A stretch of DNA of 64,000 nt from a virus: the IMG/VR virus record IMGVR_UViG_3300010939_000064, positions 1 to 64,000 of that record, one strand, 5' to 3'. The stretch's first letter is position 1. Each line of letters starts with the position of its first letter. The notes beneath the pieces are model-generated. The model was not told the DNA's origin, searched no databases, and saw only the letters and a list, made by a program, of their open reading frames with translations. Below are positions 36,515-45,540 of this stretch, one piece after another. A program made the translations under genes and the position numbers.

Positions 36515-36979
36515 TTATGGAGATACTCCCATTGGTAACTTAAGAGCAACTAGAACTTTTCCGCCAGCATTTACTGCAATTACTTCTTCTGCGAATCCAA
36601 CAGTTAATAATATATCAGCAACACTTGCTTCGTCTGCTGCACCATTAACAGTACCATCGTCATCTGCGTGAACAACAATTCTATCACCAACTTTAATTGC
36701 TAGATTAGTCGAACCTAATTCTAACTCAGCGATACCACTCCTAAACACTGCAATATCCGCAGTCGGTCCAGTAACAAATTGTGTAATACCAGCAGTTCTT
36801 GCAACTTTATCTTGTGTACTTTTAGATGCTATTGCATAAGGTGTTCCAGTATTTGTAGCTAGAATTAATTTACCATTTGTATCAATTTCTAAAACCAAAT
36901 GATCTTTAGTTAATGAAACTGTTGATAGCAAAGGTCTAGCAAGATATTGACCTACGTTATAATCTCTTCCTTCTGCCAT
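36515..36979 (-). CDS. head decoration protein (DUF2190-like)
   Basis: 154 aa. YAIASKS....GITQFVTGP.ADIAVFRSGIAELELG...AIKVGDRIVV....G.V resembles the DUF2190 pattern. It sits immediately upstream of the capsid gene. Confidence 0.45.
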   Translation of the reverse strand: MAEGRDYNVGQYLARPLLSTVSLTKDHLVLEIDTNGKLILATNTGTPYAIASKSTQDKVARTAGITQFVTGPTADIAVFRSGIAELELGSTNLAIKVGDRIVVHADDDGTVNGAADEASVADILLTVGFAEEVIAVNAGGKVLVALKLPMGVSP

Positions 36980-36982
36980 TTA

Positions 36983-37513
36983 TTAATCCCCTTTATCTGT
37001 TTTAGTCATTTCAGTAATGATAGCTTCAGCAGTTTTATCTCCTACTAGAGGTTTTCCAAAGGTTTGTGTTTCATTTCCTGTACCAGATTTAGAACCAAGT
37101 TCTTTTTTAATAGTTGTAATCTGACCAGTATAATGTTCAATCATACCTTGGACACTACCTAAAATGCTTATCTTATCTAAATTATTAAATTTACTTTCTA
37201 ACACAGCTGCTAATGGAGCATCTGCATCAATCTTTTTGATATCACTTACAATTCTATCAATACTCGCTTGTGATAAAACTTTCTCATTATCACTAAGATC
37301 TTTAGAACTTGATGCATCAGTTAACTCTTTAACTTTTGCTGTTAATGGATCAAATTGCTCGATCTTATTTTTATCTTCTTCTGAAGGTGGAGCACCGAAA
37401 TATTGTGTAACATCTACTTTCTTGTCCTTAACGACTGTACTCAATTGTTCTAAATGTTTAGTTAAAACATCTTGCGGCATATCCGTATAAGGATTCTTGT
37501 CTTTGTCGTCCAA
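36983..37513 (-). CDS. scaffolding protein
   Basis: 176 aa, acidic and helical, located between the protease-like gene and the capsid genes. Confidence 0.5.
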   Translation of the reverse strand: MDDKDKNPYTDMPQDVLTKHLEQLSTVVKDKKVDVTQYFGAPPSEEDKNKIEQFDPLTAKVKELTDASSSKDLSDNEKVLSQASIDRIVSDIKKIDADAPLAAVLESKFNNLDKISILGSVQGMIEHYTGQITTIKKELGSKSGTGNETQTFGKPLVGDKTAEAIITEMTKTDKGD

Positions 37514-37525
37514 TTTGTTACCTCC

Positions 37526-38371
37526 TTATCTTATCATGCATATTGTACATGCAGGAATTGTTTCTGTCATAATACTAATGCCTTTTGCTTCAGCACTTAA
37601 CAGAACAAATACATTTAAATTACTATCCCATTTTAATGTTGATTTTATCAAAATAGATAAACCAGATCCCATTGGAATCAGCTTATCTCCTATACCTTTC
37701 ACAGATATATATTTTATTCCTCTCCGTTCCTCTAATTTCACATTTGTTAACTTTCCCGAACTAATGAAATCATGATTATAATCAACTAACTGATCTTCCA
37801 TATTATTTTTCATTTGTTGTGCAAGAGATTCTATAACAGTATCTGTAAATAATGTTGTATGAAAATCTCCACCAGTCCAAATACCTTCAGCTGCTGCTAT
37901 ACCATCAAAATTATGCCCATCAGTTGTTATTTCAAATACAGAAAATCGTTGTTCAATAACAGGTAATTCCTCACCATTTTCTTGAATTACCTGAATATCT
38001 TTAGTTGGCATAACTGAAACAACCTGAAATGGTTTCCAAAATAAAACATCACCACTAGATAAATATCTAAGTAACCAATCACCTTGTAAAGTCTTATTAT
38101 TTTCTAAAAATCTAATACGAACAAATTTTTCCGCATCTTCTATTAACATAAATTCTCCAACTTCAACATTATCAAAAGTTAAAGGAAACAAAAAATAATT
38201 TCCTGCAATATCAAATATTTGTTTTCCAAATAATCTAGTAATACCATCTTCATTACTAATAGCTTTTATATTACTATTAAACTCATAACATAAAACTCCT
38301 TTAGGCATTTCAATATATAATCTAAATACGTTTACCTCTTCACTAAAGAATTGATAAAAACTATATCTCAT
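37526..38371 (-). CDS. possible prohead protease (XkdF/S78_2-like C-terminal half)
   Basis: The call rests on position and on weak similarity of the stretch FDGIAAAEGIWTGGDFH...LVDYNHD..GKLTNVKLEE. Confidence 0.3.
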   Translation of the reverse strand: MRYSFYQFFSEEVNVFRLYIEMPKGVLCYEFNSNIKAISNEDGITRLFGKQIFDIAGNYFLFPLTFDNVEVGEFMLIEDAEKFVRIRFLENNKTLQGDWLLRYLSSGDVLFWKPFQVVSVMPTKDIQVIQENGEELPVIEQRFSVFEITTDGHNFDGIAAAEGIWTGGDFHTTLFTDTVIESLAQQMKNNMEDQLVDYNHDFISSGKLTNVKLEERRGIKYISVKGIGDKLIPMGSGLSILIKSTLKWDSNLNVFVLLSAEAKGISIMTETIPACTICMIR

Positions 38372-38853
38372 GCTAAATGTTGTAATTCTAAAGGTAACGT
38401 TCTATCTATATTATCTGAACTAATAATGAAACTATTAAATACTTTAGTTTCTGTACCATCTACAATTACATTCCATATAACTTTATATTCACCAGCTCTA
38501 GAACGTGAATCTATTACATAACTAAAACTAGCACCAAAATCTTCTTCAATAGCATCAATTTCAGCAATTACTTCATCTATTCCTACTAAAAAAATTTCAA
38601 TAGTTTTAACTTCAACATTATCACTTTTATCAAATTTCAATTTACCTGTAATTAGACTACTAACTTTAATTTCACCATGATCATGTAAACTGAATTTAGA
38701 AGATTTATTTTTACTCTGATTTCTTTCAAGAGTTGCAACGAATGCATTAGGATCTTTAATATCAGGTCTATTCTTTTTTATCCACGAAACTGCTTCTGCA
38801 TGATCCTTAAATGTATGTTTTTTACCATTTTTATCTTTAAAACTTACTGGCAT
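38368..38853 (-). CDS. hypothetical head-morphogenesis protein
   Basis: 161-aa ORF between the portal region and the protease-like gene. Confidence 0.35.
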   Translation of the reverse strand: MPVSFKDKNGKKHTFKDHAEAVSWIKKNRPDIKDPNAFVATLERNQSKNKSSKFSLHDHGEIKVSSLITGKLKFDKSDNVEVKTIEIFLVGIDEVIAEIDAIEEDFGASFSYVIDSRSRAGEYKVIWNVIVDGTETKVFNSFIISSDNIDRTLPLELQHLA

Positions 38854-39149
38854 TATTTTATGAATTTAAATCTTTCTGCTTCTGAATTATTTTCAGCTAA
38901 AACTGTATTAACAATATTTTCAAGTTCTTTAAAATCACTAGCATTTTCTGGATGTAAACGTCTAGTTTCTTGAATTGATAACTTAACAAAAACCATAATA
39001 GCTCTCTCTGTTCTCCAACTTCTTTTTGAAACTATATCAATTCTCCTATGAAACCAAATACCAATTGAACTTATAAATATAATTCCACCCATAAGTAAAG
39101 TAAAAACATGAGCTGGTTCTATTCCTAAAAGCATTTGTTCAGACACCAC
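38853..39149 (-). CDS. small membrane protein
   Basis: TM helix VFTLLMGGIIFISSIGIWF. Confidence 0.4.
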   Translation of the reverse strand: MVSEQMLLGIEPAHVFTLLMGGIIFISSIGIWFHRRIDIVSKRSWRTERAIMVFVKLSIQETRRLHPENASDFKELENIVNTVLAENNSEAERFKFIK

Positions 39150-40611
39150 TATTCTTCCTCTGACTTTCAGTTGTATTTCTTATTGCTTGTGGACTTAAAT
39201 TATTTTTATTACTTTCAGTCTTTTCTGTTTCAATATCACCCACTTGATCGTTGATTGATTTATTCGCTTCACCAATACTAATCTTAACAAATGCTTCTTC
39301 TGGCAATTGAGGAAGTCTTACATAACCACATGCATCACGAATTTCTGCTCTAGTAAATTGACCTGTTGCTGCCATTGATAGCGCAGTTTTAACTTTATTA
39401 AATTTTTCAACAGTCAGTGATGGATCTACATGAATAAATAATCTATCTATAACTTCTTCAGTAGCACTAGTTGCCATTATTTTAACATGACTTCGCATTA
39501 ATTCATCAAGTACATTTACAATTTTTCTAACAATATAATCAACTCTAATACCAGAAAATATTGCAGCTAATTCTAAACCCATTGAAGCACCAGTTTCTCC
39601 ACCCAATAATCCGCTAGGAATACCTTGTGGAGTATTCAAAAATGTATTAATCTGTGATATCGTATCATTCGGTTGTTGATAATTAGTACTACTTGATTCT
39701 AACATCTTAGCATCTGCTGCATCACTAATTACAAGATCATCATCTGGTCTAAGCGTCTTAGTTGTATTTATAAATTTAGTAGTTAATAATTCAGCGTCAG
39801 CAGTTGCCGCTTGAACTTTTTCTGTTTGAGAACCAGTATATTTACTCGGAATAATACTTGGCATTTTAAGTTTATACAAAATCCTCGGTAAAAGTTTGTT
39901 TTTCCAAATAATATCATTCTCAATTGTTTTCTTTTTCCAATTAACTAATCTTTGTAACGAAGCAATCGGTGGCTTTGAATAAATTCCATAAGTATCAGTA
40001 TCTTCTATATCTTTACGCCATACTGCGTGATTCTTAAATGATAAATGAAAGTAATCACCTTCCTTAAATACTGGTGGATTAGTATCATTATCATGCTTCT
40101 TAACTGAAATAAGATTTTCTACTAATATTTGTGCTCCATTACCTCTAGACTTTATTTGTGATTCATTTGCTAAAACTCTAACAGAACTTAATGGTAACGA
40201 TATTAAGCCTGTAATACCCTTTTCTGTTTTAATAATTTGTTCAAATAAATCCCCATGACTAACTAACTGCCATGCATAATCATAACATTTTTCTCTAAAT
40301 TTTAAATCTCTAGAAACTTTAATCGCTGCATTGATAGCTTTAGTTTCATTATTATCTATTTTATCATCTGTGTATCTATCTTTTGGATGTAATTCTGGTC
40401 CAATATATGCTTTCTGAACCATTGATGCAACTAAAGCAACAATAGAGTAAATTCTTTCGTCTTCAAGTAATTTTTCAATAGTAGTATAATCATACTTTAA
40501 CGGCGTATCAAATTCAGTAGTACTAGTTTTCCATATTTTTCCACCAATTGGAATACTTGGATCAGTAAACCATTGAGTTACATTATATCTAAGGTTAGAT
40601 AAGATTCCCAT
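39139..40611 (-). CDS. portal protein
   Basis: 490 aa, directly downstream of TerL. Confidence 0.7.
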   Translation of the reverse strand: MGILSNLRYNVTQWFTDPSIPIGGKIWKTSTTEFDTPLKYDYTTIEKLLEDERIYSIVALVASMVQKAYIGPELHPKDRYTDDKIDNNETKAINAAIKVSRDLKFREKCYDYAWQLVSHGDLFEQIIKTEKGITGLISLPLSSVRVLANESQIKSRGNGAQILVENLISVKKHDNDTNPPVFKEGDYFHLSFKNHAVWRKDIEDTDTYGIYSKPPIASLQRLVNWKKKTIENDIIWKNKLLPRILYKLKMPSIIPSKYTGSQTEKVQAATADAELLTTKFINTTKTLRPDDDLVISDAADAKMLESSSTNYQQPNDTISQINTFLNTPQGIPSGLLGGETGASMGLELAAIFSGIRVDYIVRKIVNVLDELMRSHVKIMATSATEEVIDRLFIHVDPSLTVEKFNKVKTALSMAATGQFTRAEIRDACGYVRLPQLPEEAFVKISIGEANKSINDQVGDIETEKTESNKNNLSPQAIRNTTESQRKNSGV

Positions 40612-40612
40612 T

Positions 40613-42160
40613 TTATGTTCCTCTCAAAAGTAATATTTGATTCTCATCAATATCGTTTTCTATATTCTTAGGATCATCCCAAAAAGCAACTGCTTGACAT
40701 ATAGAATCCATCATATCTTTAGATCCACCAGTAGGTCTAGTTACCTTACCGCCTTTTAATAGTAATGAAGCCATCTCAATTTCTAAATATCTTAAATACG
40801 GTCCATGAATTCTATTAGTATTAAATCTCTCCTTTAATGCTTCCCAATCTGGAAGCCTAAGTTGATGTTGAACTGTATTAATACCTAAATCAGAAATATC
40901 TTTACGTAATTCTGTATGCATATAAATATCATAAGCATAAAATTCTACTGGAACAACATTAATTATCTTTTTGACCATCATACTAATAAGTTTCGGATCT
41001 ACTTCTTCGTCCTTTCCAGGTTTAAAAACAGTAATACCATCAAAAATAATATTATCATCTAAAGTTAAATGTGCTAAAGAAAGCCCAAACCCATCACCAA
41101 CACTAGCTGGATCAGATAATATTCCATAAGCAACAGAGTTTTTATCAAATTTTAATCTTTCTATTCTTAAGTCTGGAGTAAATGGTTTATTTTTCCCATT
41201 AAGCGGAGTACCTTCAAATATGTTTTTCAAATTCCACTTCTTAAGTTGCTCTAATGTTATCTCCTTAAAATAAGAAGAACCTGATCTTCTAGCACCAAAA
41301 CCATAATCATTACTATATGAATCTTCATCCATTAGTCTTTCATCTGCTAAATCTTCTTCAGTTAAATTAGGATTCATCTCTAAAGAATCCTTCTGAATAA
41401 TTAAAGTTGTTTCTAGCTTTTGCTCTCTAGTTAAATTAATACGTGTACTTAAGAAATCACTTCCATCTGCTTGTGATGAAATAGCTACTTTAATATCTTC
41501 CCCAAATGGTTTAAATGTTGTTGTTGATTTTGATAATCTATTATACAAATCAGCTGGTGAAACTTTATATGTTTCTTCACCTGTAAAATTAATCTCTTCA
41601 GCTACAAATACTTTAACTGTTAATCCAACATTTGATTTCAAATTAGATCCTAAACCTAAAACAACTAAATTTTTTGGACATCTTAATCTACCTTGTGTTA
41701 ATTCCATCTCACGTTCAAACGAACAAAAATATGGACTAGTTTCTATAAACGCAATTACCTTTTTAAAAATAGTTCTATGGCACTGTTTTTCTGTACTCGC
41801 AGTTGCTAAAAATAAAATTTCCTCCTTTGGTAATAAATCATAATGTTTTTGTGGACTGTCCATCATAAGACATGTTTTTAGTTCACTTAAAATAATCAAC
41901 GCAGCTATGGCAGTTTTACCTGATCTCATCCCTGCTGACAATAAAAGTTCTTTATATTTACGTTTACCATCAATAGTTTTTAAATTAAATTCGCGTAATA
42001 ATTCTTTCTGACTAGGCCACAATTTCATATTTCCTAATTTCGGATGTTCCCAAAAGAATACTATATCTTCATCAGACTTAAGTTGAAGTTTAAACTTTTC
42101 AGCTTGAGATAAATTTAACCATAAAGTTGGATCACATGATACGTCTAATCTTGTTTGCAT
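40613..42160 (-). CDS. terL: terminase large subunit
   Basis: Walker A is SAGMRSGKTAIAA and Walker B-like is KVFVAEEINF. The C-terminal nuclease-like half contains SDPASVGDGFGLSLAH. Confidence 0.8.
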   Translation of the reverse strand: MQTRLDVSCDPTLWLNLSQAEKFKLQLKSDEDIVFFWEHPKLGNMKLWPSQKELLREFNLKTIDGKRKYKELLLSAGMRSGKTAIAALIILSELKTCLMMDSPQKHYDLLPKEEILFLATASTEKQCHRTIFKKVIAFIETSPYFCSFEREMELTQGRLRCPKNLVVLGLGSNLKSNVGLTVKVFVAEEINFTGEETYKVSPADLYNRLSKSTTTFKPFGEDIKVAISSQADGSDFLSTRINLTREQKLETTLIIQKDSLEMNPNLTEEDLADERLMDEDSYSNDYGFGARRSGSSYFKEITLEQLKKWNLKNIFEGTPLNGKNKPFTPDLRIERLKFDKNSVAYGILSDPASVGDGFGLSLAHLTLDDNIIFDGITVFKPGKDEEVDPKLISMMVKKIINVVPVEFYAYDIYMHTELRKDISDLGINTVQHQLRLPDWEALKERFNTNRIHGPYLRYLEIEMASLLLKGGKVTRPTGGSKDMMDSICQAVAFWDDPKNIENDIDENQILLLRGT

Positions 42161-42161
42161 T

Positions 42162-42698
42162 CTATACTGTTAAAGCATCCATTCTTTCAAGTACAATTTT
42201 CTTAAAAGATGGTGGAGCATTTTCCATTACTATAGCCATTAATTTATCAACCTGCAACGTATTATTCTGTATATGTATTGTTGTCGCAGCATGAATATCT
42301 CCTTCTAATATCGCAAGCTCTTTTAGTCCAGAAATAACATTCTTTTCTAATTGAGCATAAGCTGAGATCAATTTAGTATTACCTTGAATATTTTCATCTT
42401 CTAATTTTTTAGAAATCTTTTCAGTCAGACTAATAAGTCTTCTTAATGATTCAGTTCCTTTTTCTATTTTATCAAAAAAATTCTTTTTTATTGGTTCTAA
42501 ATCATGTGCTATTACATTTATAAGTTTGTTTCTTACGTGCAATTCATAATGAGCAATCCATTCTGTTAGAGGGACATTAAGCTCTCTTGCTGCCTGTTCA
42601 TTTGTTAATTCTTTTTTAACAACTTTATTATCAATAACTACACTACTATCTTTAAGACACAACATACATTGCCCAGGCTTCATCAGACTGGTCTCCAT
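42162..42698 (-). CDS. terS: terminase small subunit (Zn-ribbon plus HTH)
   Basis: Located immediately upstream of terL. N-terminus CMLC..., HTH-like LTNEQAARELNVPLTEWIAHY, and a coiled C-terminal part. Confidence 0.5.
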   Translation of the reverse strand: METSLMKPGQCMLCLKDSSVVIDNKVVKKELTNEQAARELNVPLTEWIAHYELHVRNKLINVIAHDLEPIKKNFFDKIEKGTESLRRLISLTEKISKKLEDENIQGNTKLISAYAQLEKNVISGLKELAILEGDIHAATTIHIQNNTLQVDKLMAIVMENAPPSFKKIVLERMDALTV

Positions 42699-42980
42699 TG
42701 ACTGTTTACATATTCATCGCTGTGCATCTTATGCCCAGCGTTCGCACAAGTTCTAATATGCTTGATACTTTTGCCTACCCCTGATATGTAAATAAATCGA
42801 CACATATCTTTATATACTAATCTAGTGCATATAAACGTTGTCCTTTATTCCTTATAGTATATGGTTATTGGAATTTTAGTGGCTCTATGTCAAATTGCCG
42901 TCACAGTTAAAAAATGTATGGGGATAAAATGAAGTATTCATTTATAAAAGTTGTACGATATCGGAAGTGACCCGGCTCAC

Positions 42981-43102
42981 GTAAGAAAGTGTGAAAGTAA
43001 GAAAGTATGATTGTGTGAATGTATTAATTTATTAAAGTATTAATTTATTAGATTAATATTTTAATAGGTAGAAGGGCTGTAGGGCTGATGGGCCCAGGGC
43101 TG
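42981..43102. repeat. iteron cluster and GC-rich repeats (candidate cos/pac site or origin)
   Basis: GTAAGAAAGT occurs twice (42981, 42997) and GTATTAATTTATTA twice (43021, 43037), both with 16-nt spacing. AGGGCTG occurs three times (43073, 43081, 43096) around GGGCCC (43090). Confidence 0.5.
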
Positions 43103-43168
43103 CTTGGCTGTTGATTTAATGATATATAAAGGTTTCCTTGTTTATATAGGTTGCTATTTTTAGATAGA

Positions 43169-43176
43169 TTTATATT
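43169..43176 (+). promoter_or_regulatory. TATA box of wHTH-1 unit
   Basis: TTTATATT starts 30 nt upstream of ATG 43199. No SD is present. Confidence 0.5.
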
Positions 43177-43198
43177 GAGCATAGACTATTAGTAGACA

Positions 43199-43480
43199 AT
43201 GACAAAAGAGGTCTCTGAGACTTCTGAAATTGAACGTTTAGTTTCAAAAGCTAGACAAGTAGGTTTTGACGAAGTTCCAGAATCGACTTCAGAATTGGAA
43301 ACGAAAGTCATCGAAATTCTTCGACAATCGAAGAAAATTATGACTGCGAAACAGATGTTTTCAATTTTGCAAGAAAAGAATGCGAAGTGGTATTCTGACA
43401 AAATGTGGAATCTTGCTAAGAAAGGAGTCTTAGTAAAATTACCCACTAGAGGATTCTACAAGCACATTGAGACTGAATAG
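43199..43480 (+). CDS. winged-helix DNA-binding protein, paralog 1 of 4
   Basis: SKARQVGFDEVPESTSE..VIEILRQ...MTAKQMFSIL....LAKKGVLVKLPTRGFY. Paralogs lie at 46049, 47069 and 49424. Confidence 0.55.
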   Translation: MTKEVSETSEIERLVSKARQVGFDEVPESTSELETKVIEILRQSKKIMTAKQMFSILQEKNAKWYSDKMWNLAKKGVLVKLPTRGFYKHIETE

Positions 43481-43489
43481 TCTCTTCCC

Positions 43490-43498
43490 TTTTTTTTT
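43490..43498 (+). terminator. oligo-T terminator (T9)
   Basis: AGACT-GAAT-AGTCT mini-hairpin spanning the stop, then CTTCCC and T9. Confidence 0.5.
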
Positions 43499-43609
43499 AT
43501 TCTATTAGGCCCGCTTAGTATATGGGCCCTATATAGGCCTATTAGGTTCCTTGATATTCTTATTATTTCTAATCGATTATTAGAATCATTATATAAGAAA
43601 ACTATAGGG

Positions 43610-43625
43610 TTCCTAGGTTTTTTGA
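43610..43625 (+). repeat. CTAGG element copy 1
   Basis: TTCCTAGGTTTTTTGA. Confidence 0.5.
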
Positions 43626-43726
43626 CTATCAGTGAGATGTCATATATATAAGTGTTCACGTATATACTGGCTTACGTGACCTCGTGTCATCTCTGTGCTC
43701 ATCTAGAACAACTAACCTCTCCAACT

Positions 43727-43908
43727 ATGTATATATATATATATATGTATATAAGAAAAAACATGTCTTATATACTTGCTGATCTTATATTTAGACTAAA
43801 TTTTAATTTAATATATATAAACGTTTCTATTAGTTTTAGTCTAGATATAAACTAAGAGTACTTATAAGAGCACTTTTTTCTTATATATACATATATACAT
43901 ATACACAC
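43727..43908. repeat. long imperfect AT-rich palindrome (~180 bp)
   Basis: Outer arms are ATGTATATAAGAAAAAACA and its complement at CACTTTTTTCTTATATATACAT. Nested arms are TCTTATATACTTG/AGTACTTATAAGAG and TATTTAGACTAAA/TTTAGTCTAGATA. The centre is near 43817. Confidence 0.55.
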
Positions 43909-44063
43909 TGATTGGTCTGTATTTAAGATATGTAAGGTTATTGTGGAGATATATGTTATTAAGTATCTCGAGAAGAAAAAGACTGGTTCACCACAAGGGG
44001 ATGTAGAAAAAGGACAACTGTAGTAAAGAAGAGCCGAAAAGATATAATGAATAAAGGTTACTG

Positions 44064-44071
44064 TTTATATA
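44064..44071 (+). promoter_or_regulatory. TATA box
   Basis: TTTATATA starts exactly 30 nt upstream of ATG 44094. Confidence 0.5.
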
Positions 44072-44093
44072 CTATAACAGCGTAAGGGGTTTG

Positions 44094-44201
44094 ATGAAGA
44101 AATTTTCTAAACGAGAGTGTGAGTATTTAATGAATACTCAAGAAACTCTGACAGAAGAAATCCTCTTAAGTGTTGCTGTTTTTTATGGAGGTAACGATTG
44201 A
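44094..44201 (+). CDS. mini-protein (35 aa)
   Basis: MKKFSKRECEYLMNTQETLTEEILLSVAVFYGGND. First ORF of a leaderless unit. Confidence 0.4.
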   Translation: MKKFSKRECEYLMNTQETLTEEILLSVAVFYGGND

Positions 44202-44202
44202 G

Positions 44203-44316
44203 ATGATATGTGAGATATGTGACGCAGAGACTACAAAGTTAATTCTTAATCTAGAATTAAATAAATTTCTTTGTAATCAGTGTGACATAGAAATGAAGAG
44301 GGAATGTTCAACATGA
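44203..44316 (+). CDS. Zn-ribbon mini-protein (37 aa)
   Basis: MICEICDAETTKLILNLELNKFLCNQCDIEMKRECST. GGAGGT upstream. Confidence 0.4.
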   Translation: MICEICDAETTKLILNLELNKFLCNQCDIEMKRECST

Positions 44317-44465
44317 CTCTCCTCGAAATATTAGAACGAATGAAACAAGATGGAAAGACACACGAGCAAATACTAGACTATATAGGAGAATGTGTAGTTA
44401 TAGCCGGAATCGCCACATCAGATAGTACGTGGATGAGGTCCATAAGTGGAAAAAACGTGGTATAG
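44313..44465 (+). CDS. mini-protein (50 aa)
   Basis: MTLLEILERMKQDGKTHEQILDYIGECVVIAGIATSDSTWMRSISGKNVV. ATGA coupling. Confidence 0.35.
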   Translation: MTLLEILERMKQDGKTHEQILDYIGECVVIAGIATSDSTWMRSISGKNVV

Positions 44466-44496
44466 TCTTGATAGAAGCGAGGAGAAAAAGAAAATA

Positions 44497-44616
44497 ATGT
44501 ACGAATGGGAATGTAAATGTGGTCAAGTTACATATACAAAGACGAAAGAAACGCTACTACCGATACGATGGGACGACGGACATATATGTATGTTCAAATT
44601 AAGTGAGGAAAACTAA
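44497..44616 (+). CDS. Cys-rich mini-protein (39 aa)
   Basis: MYEWECKCGQVTYTKTKETLLPIRWDDGHICMFKLSEEN. TAATG coupling to the next gene. Confidence 0.35.
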   Translation: MYEWECKCGQVTYTKTKETLLPIRWDDGHICMFKLSEEN

Positions 44617-44843
44617 TGACAGAAGGATCTGGAAACGAAAAACCCAGTTTTGTAAACTTCATGCTAATTATGATAGTTGGATTCATAGTTGCGACTATTC
44701 TAGCATTGATTGGAATAGCAGGAGTTGGAATGGCTGTAATGATGCTTACTGGAGAAGAGGCAGGAATAATAGCTGGAATTATAGTAGGGATAGTAATCTT
44801 TACTATTGTTGGTATTGCGACATTAAAGACAGCAAGAGGTTAA
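44616..44843 (+). CDS. small membrane protein (2-3 TM helices)
   Basis: FVNFMLIMIVGFIVATILALIGIAGVGMAVMML and GIIAGIIVGIVIFTIVGIATL. Preferred over the overlapping frame 44603..44851. Confidence 0.55.
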   Translation: MTEGSGNEKPSFVNFMLIMIVGFIVATILALIGIAGVGMAVMMLTGEEAGIIAGIIVGIVIFTIVGIATLKTARG

Positions 44844-44858
44844 AAAAATGATACATAA

Positions 44859-45065
44859 GTGGATCCAATCAATATTGGAAAAACTAAGTATATCAGATAC
44901 ATGGAATATATGGCAATGTGTACATTCGCATACACAGGGAATATTGCCATGTTAGATAAATGCAAAAAGTGCGGAAGTACAAACGTTAAGAACGTGAATA
45001 TAAGTCCATACTGGTATTGTGAGATAAGAGAAATTATCTGTAACTCTTGTGGTTACAAATATTAA
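44859..45065 (+). CDS. Zn-ribbon protein (start uncertain)
   Basis: DKCKKCGSTNV....ICNSCGYKY. The track start is GTG. Confidence 0.4.
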   Translation: MDPINIGKTKYIRYMEYMAMCTFAYTGNIAMLDKCKKCGSTNVKNVNISPYWYCEIREIICNSCGYKY

Positions 45066-45075
45066 TTTTTTTTTT
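45066..45075 (+). terminator. oligo-T terminator (T10)
   Basis: T10 begins directly after stop codon 45063-45065. Confidence 0.5.
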
Positions 45076-45116
45076 CGAATCGAAATCTAGAATAGTTATA
45101 TTGGATAATTGTAGAA

Positions 45117-45132
45117 TTCCTAGGTTTTTTGA
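45117..45132 (+). repeat. CTAGG element copy 2
   Basis: TTCCTAGGTTTTTTGA, identical to copy 1. Confidence 0.5.
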
Positions 45133-45145
45133 ATAAAGGTGATGA

Positions 45146-45153
45146 TTTATATA
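45146..45153 (+). promoter_or_regulatory. TATA box
   Basis: TTTATATA starts exactly 30 nt upstream of ATG 45176. The segment between box and start resembles the one at 44064-44096 (..CGTAA.GG..TTGATGAA). Confidence 0.5.
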
Positions 45154-45175
45154 TCATTATGACGTAAAGGTATTG

Positions 45176-45304
45176 ATGAACAAAACCTATAGTTTATCTG
45201 TAATTTTGAAGACAATTGAGAAATTATACGCAAATCAGTTGTCAGATGAAGATATAGATAAAATAAGTAGTGAGTTAGAAAGGCAGGAGAAATACGAACA
45301 TTGA
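45176..45304 (+). CDS. mini-protein (42 aa)
   Basis: MNKTYSLSVILKTIEKLYANQLSDEDIDKISSELERQEKYEH. Confidence 0.4.
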   Translation: MNKTYSLSVILKTIEKLYANQLSDEDIDKISSELERQEKYEH

Positions 45305-45411
45305 TTTATAAAGTTTTTCTTTTTATTAAAGAATGTATAGTATTTTTATGGTATACAGGTCCAATCGCAGGATTAGATATTGAAGAAGCTGAAGAGAGGA
45401 TGAAAAGATAG

Positions 45412-45540
45412 ATGGTTATTATTTTATGTCCTAAGTGTTTAAGTAGTAACGTAAACTCAGATCCATCAGATGAAACTTATATAATATGTTTAAATGAGAA
45501 TTGTCCGAGACATAGGATATATAAAGAGGTTGAAGAATAA
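45412..45540 (+). CDS. Zn-ribbon mini-protein (42 aa)
   Basis: MVIILCPKCLSSNVNSDPSDETYIICLNENCPRHRIYKEVEE. Confidence 0.4.
   Translation: MVIILCPKCLSSNVNSDPSDETYIICLNENCPRHRIYKEVEE

Noticed and set aside
42981-43050. A CRISPR-like array, suggested by the 16-nt periodic repeats.
   Set aside because: There are only two copies of each of two different repeats, with no spacer-like unique segments of regular length. No cas genes are present, since the Cas4-like ORF at 61989 is a stand-alone viral PD-(D/E)XK nuclease.
43199-43480. A lysogeny module (CI-like repressor, integrase, attP) in the divergent control region.
   Set aside because: No integrase or recombinase ORF and no tRNA-derived att-like sequence was recognised in the window. 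The wHTH genes are therefore reported only as DNA-binding paralogs, not as a lysogeny switch.
43652-43855. A 67-aa ORF in the control region, together with the minus-strand ORFs 43189..43446 and 43456..43659.
   Set aside because: ORF 43652..43855 runs through the TA-repeat and the nested palindrome, and it has an implausible composition. The minus-strand ORFs are antisense to wHTH-1 or span its terminator.
44603-44851. An alternative 82-aa frame overlapping the membrane-protein ORF 44616..44843.
   Set aside because: Its product is an Arg/Trp/Asn/Ser-rich low-complexity string. The other frame gives clean TM helices and is coupled by TAATG to the upstream ORF.
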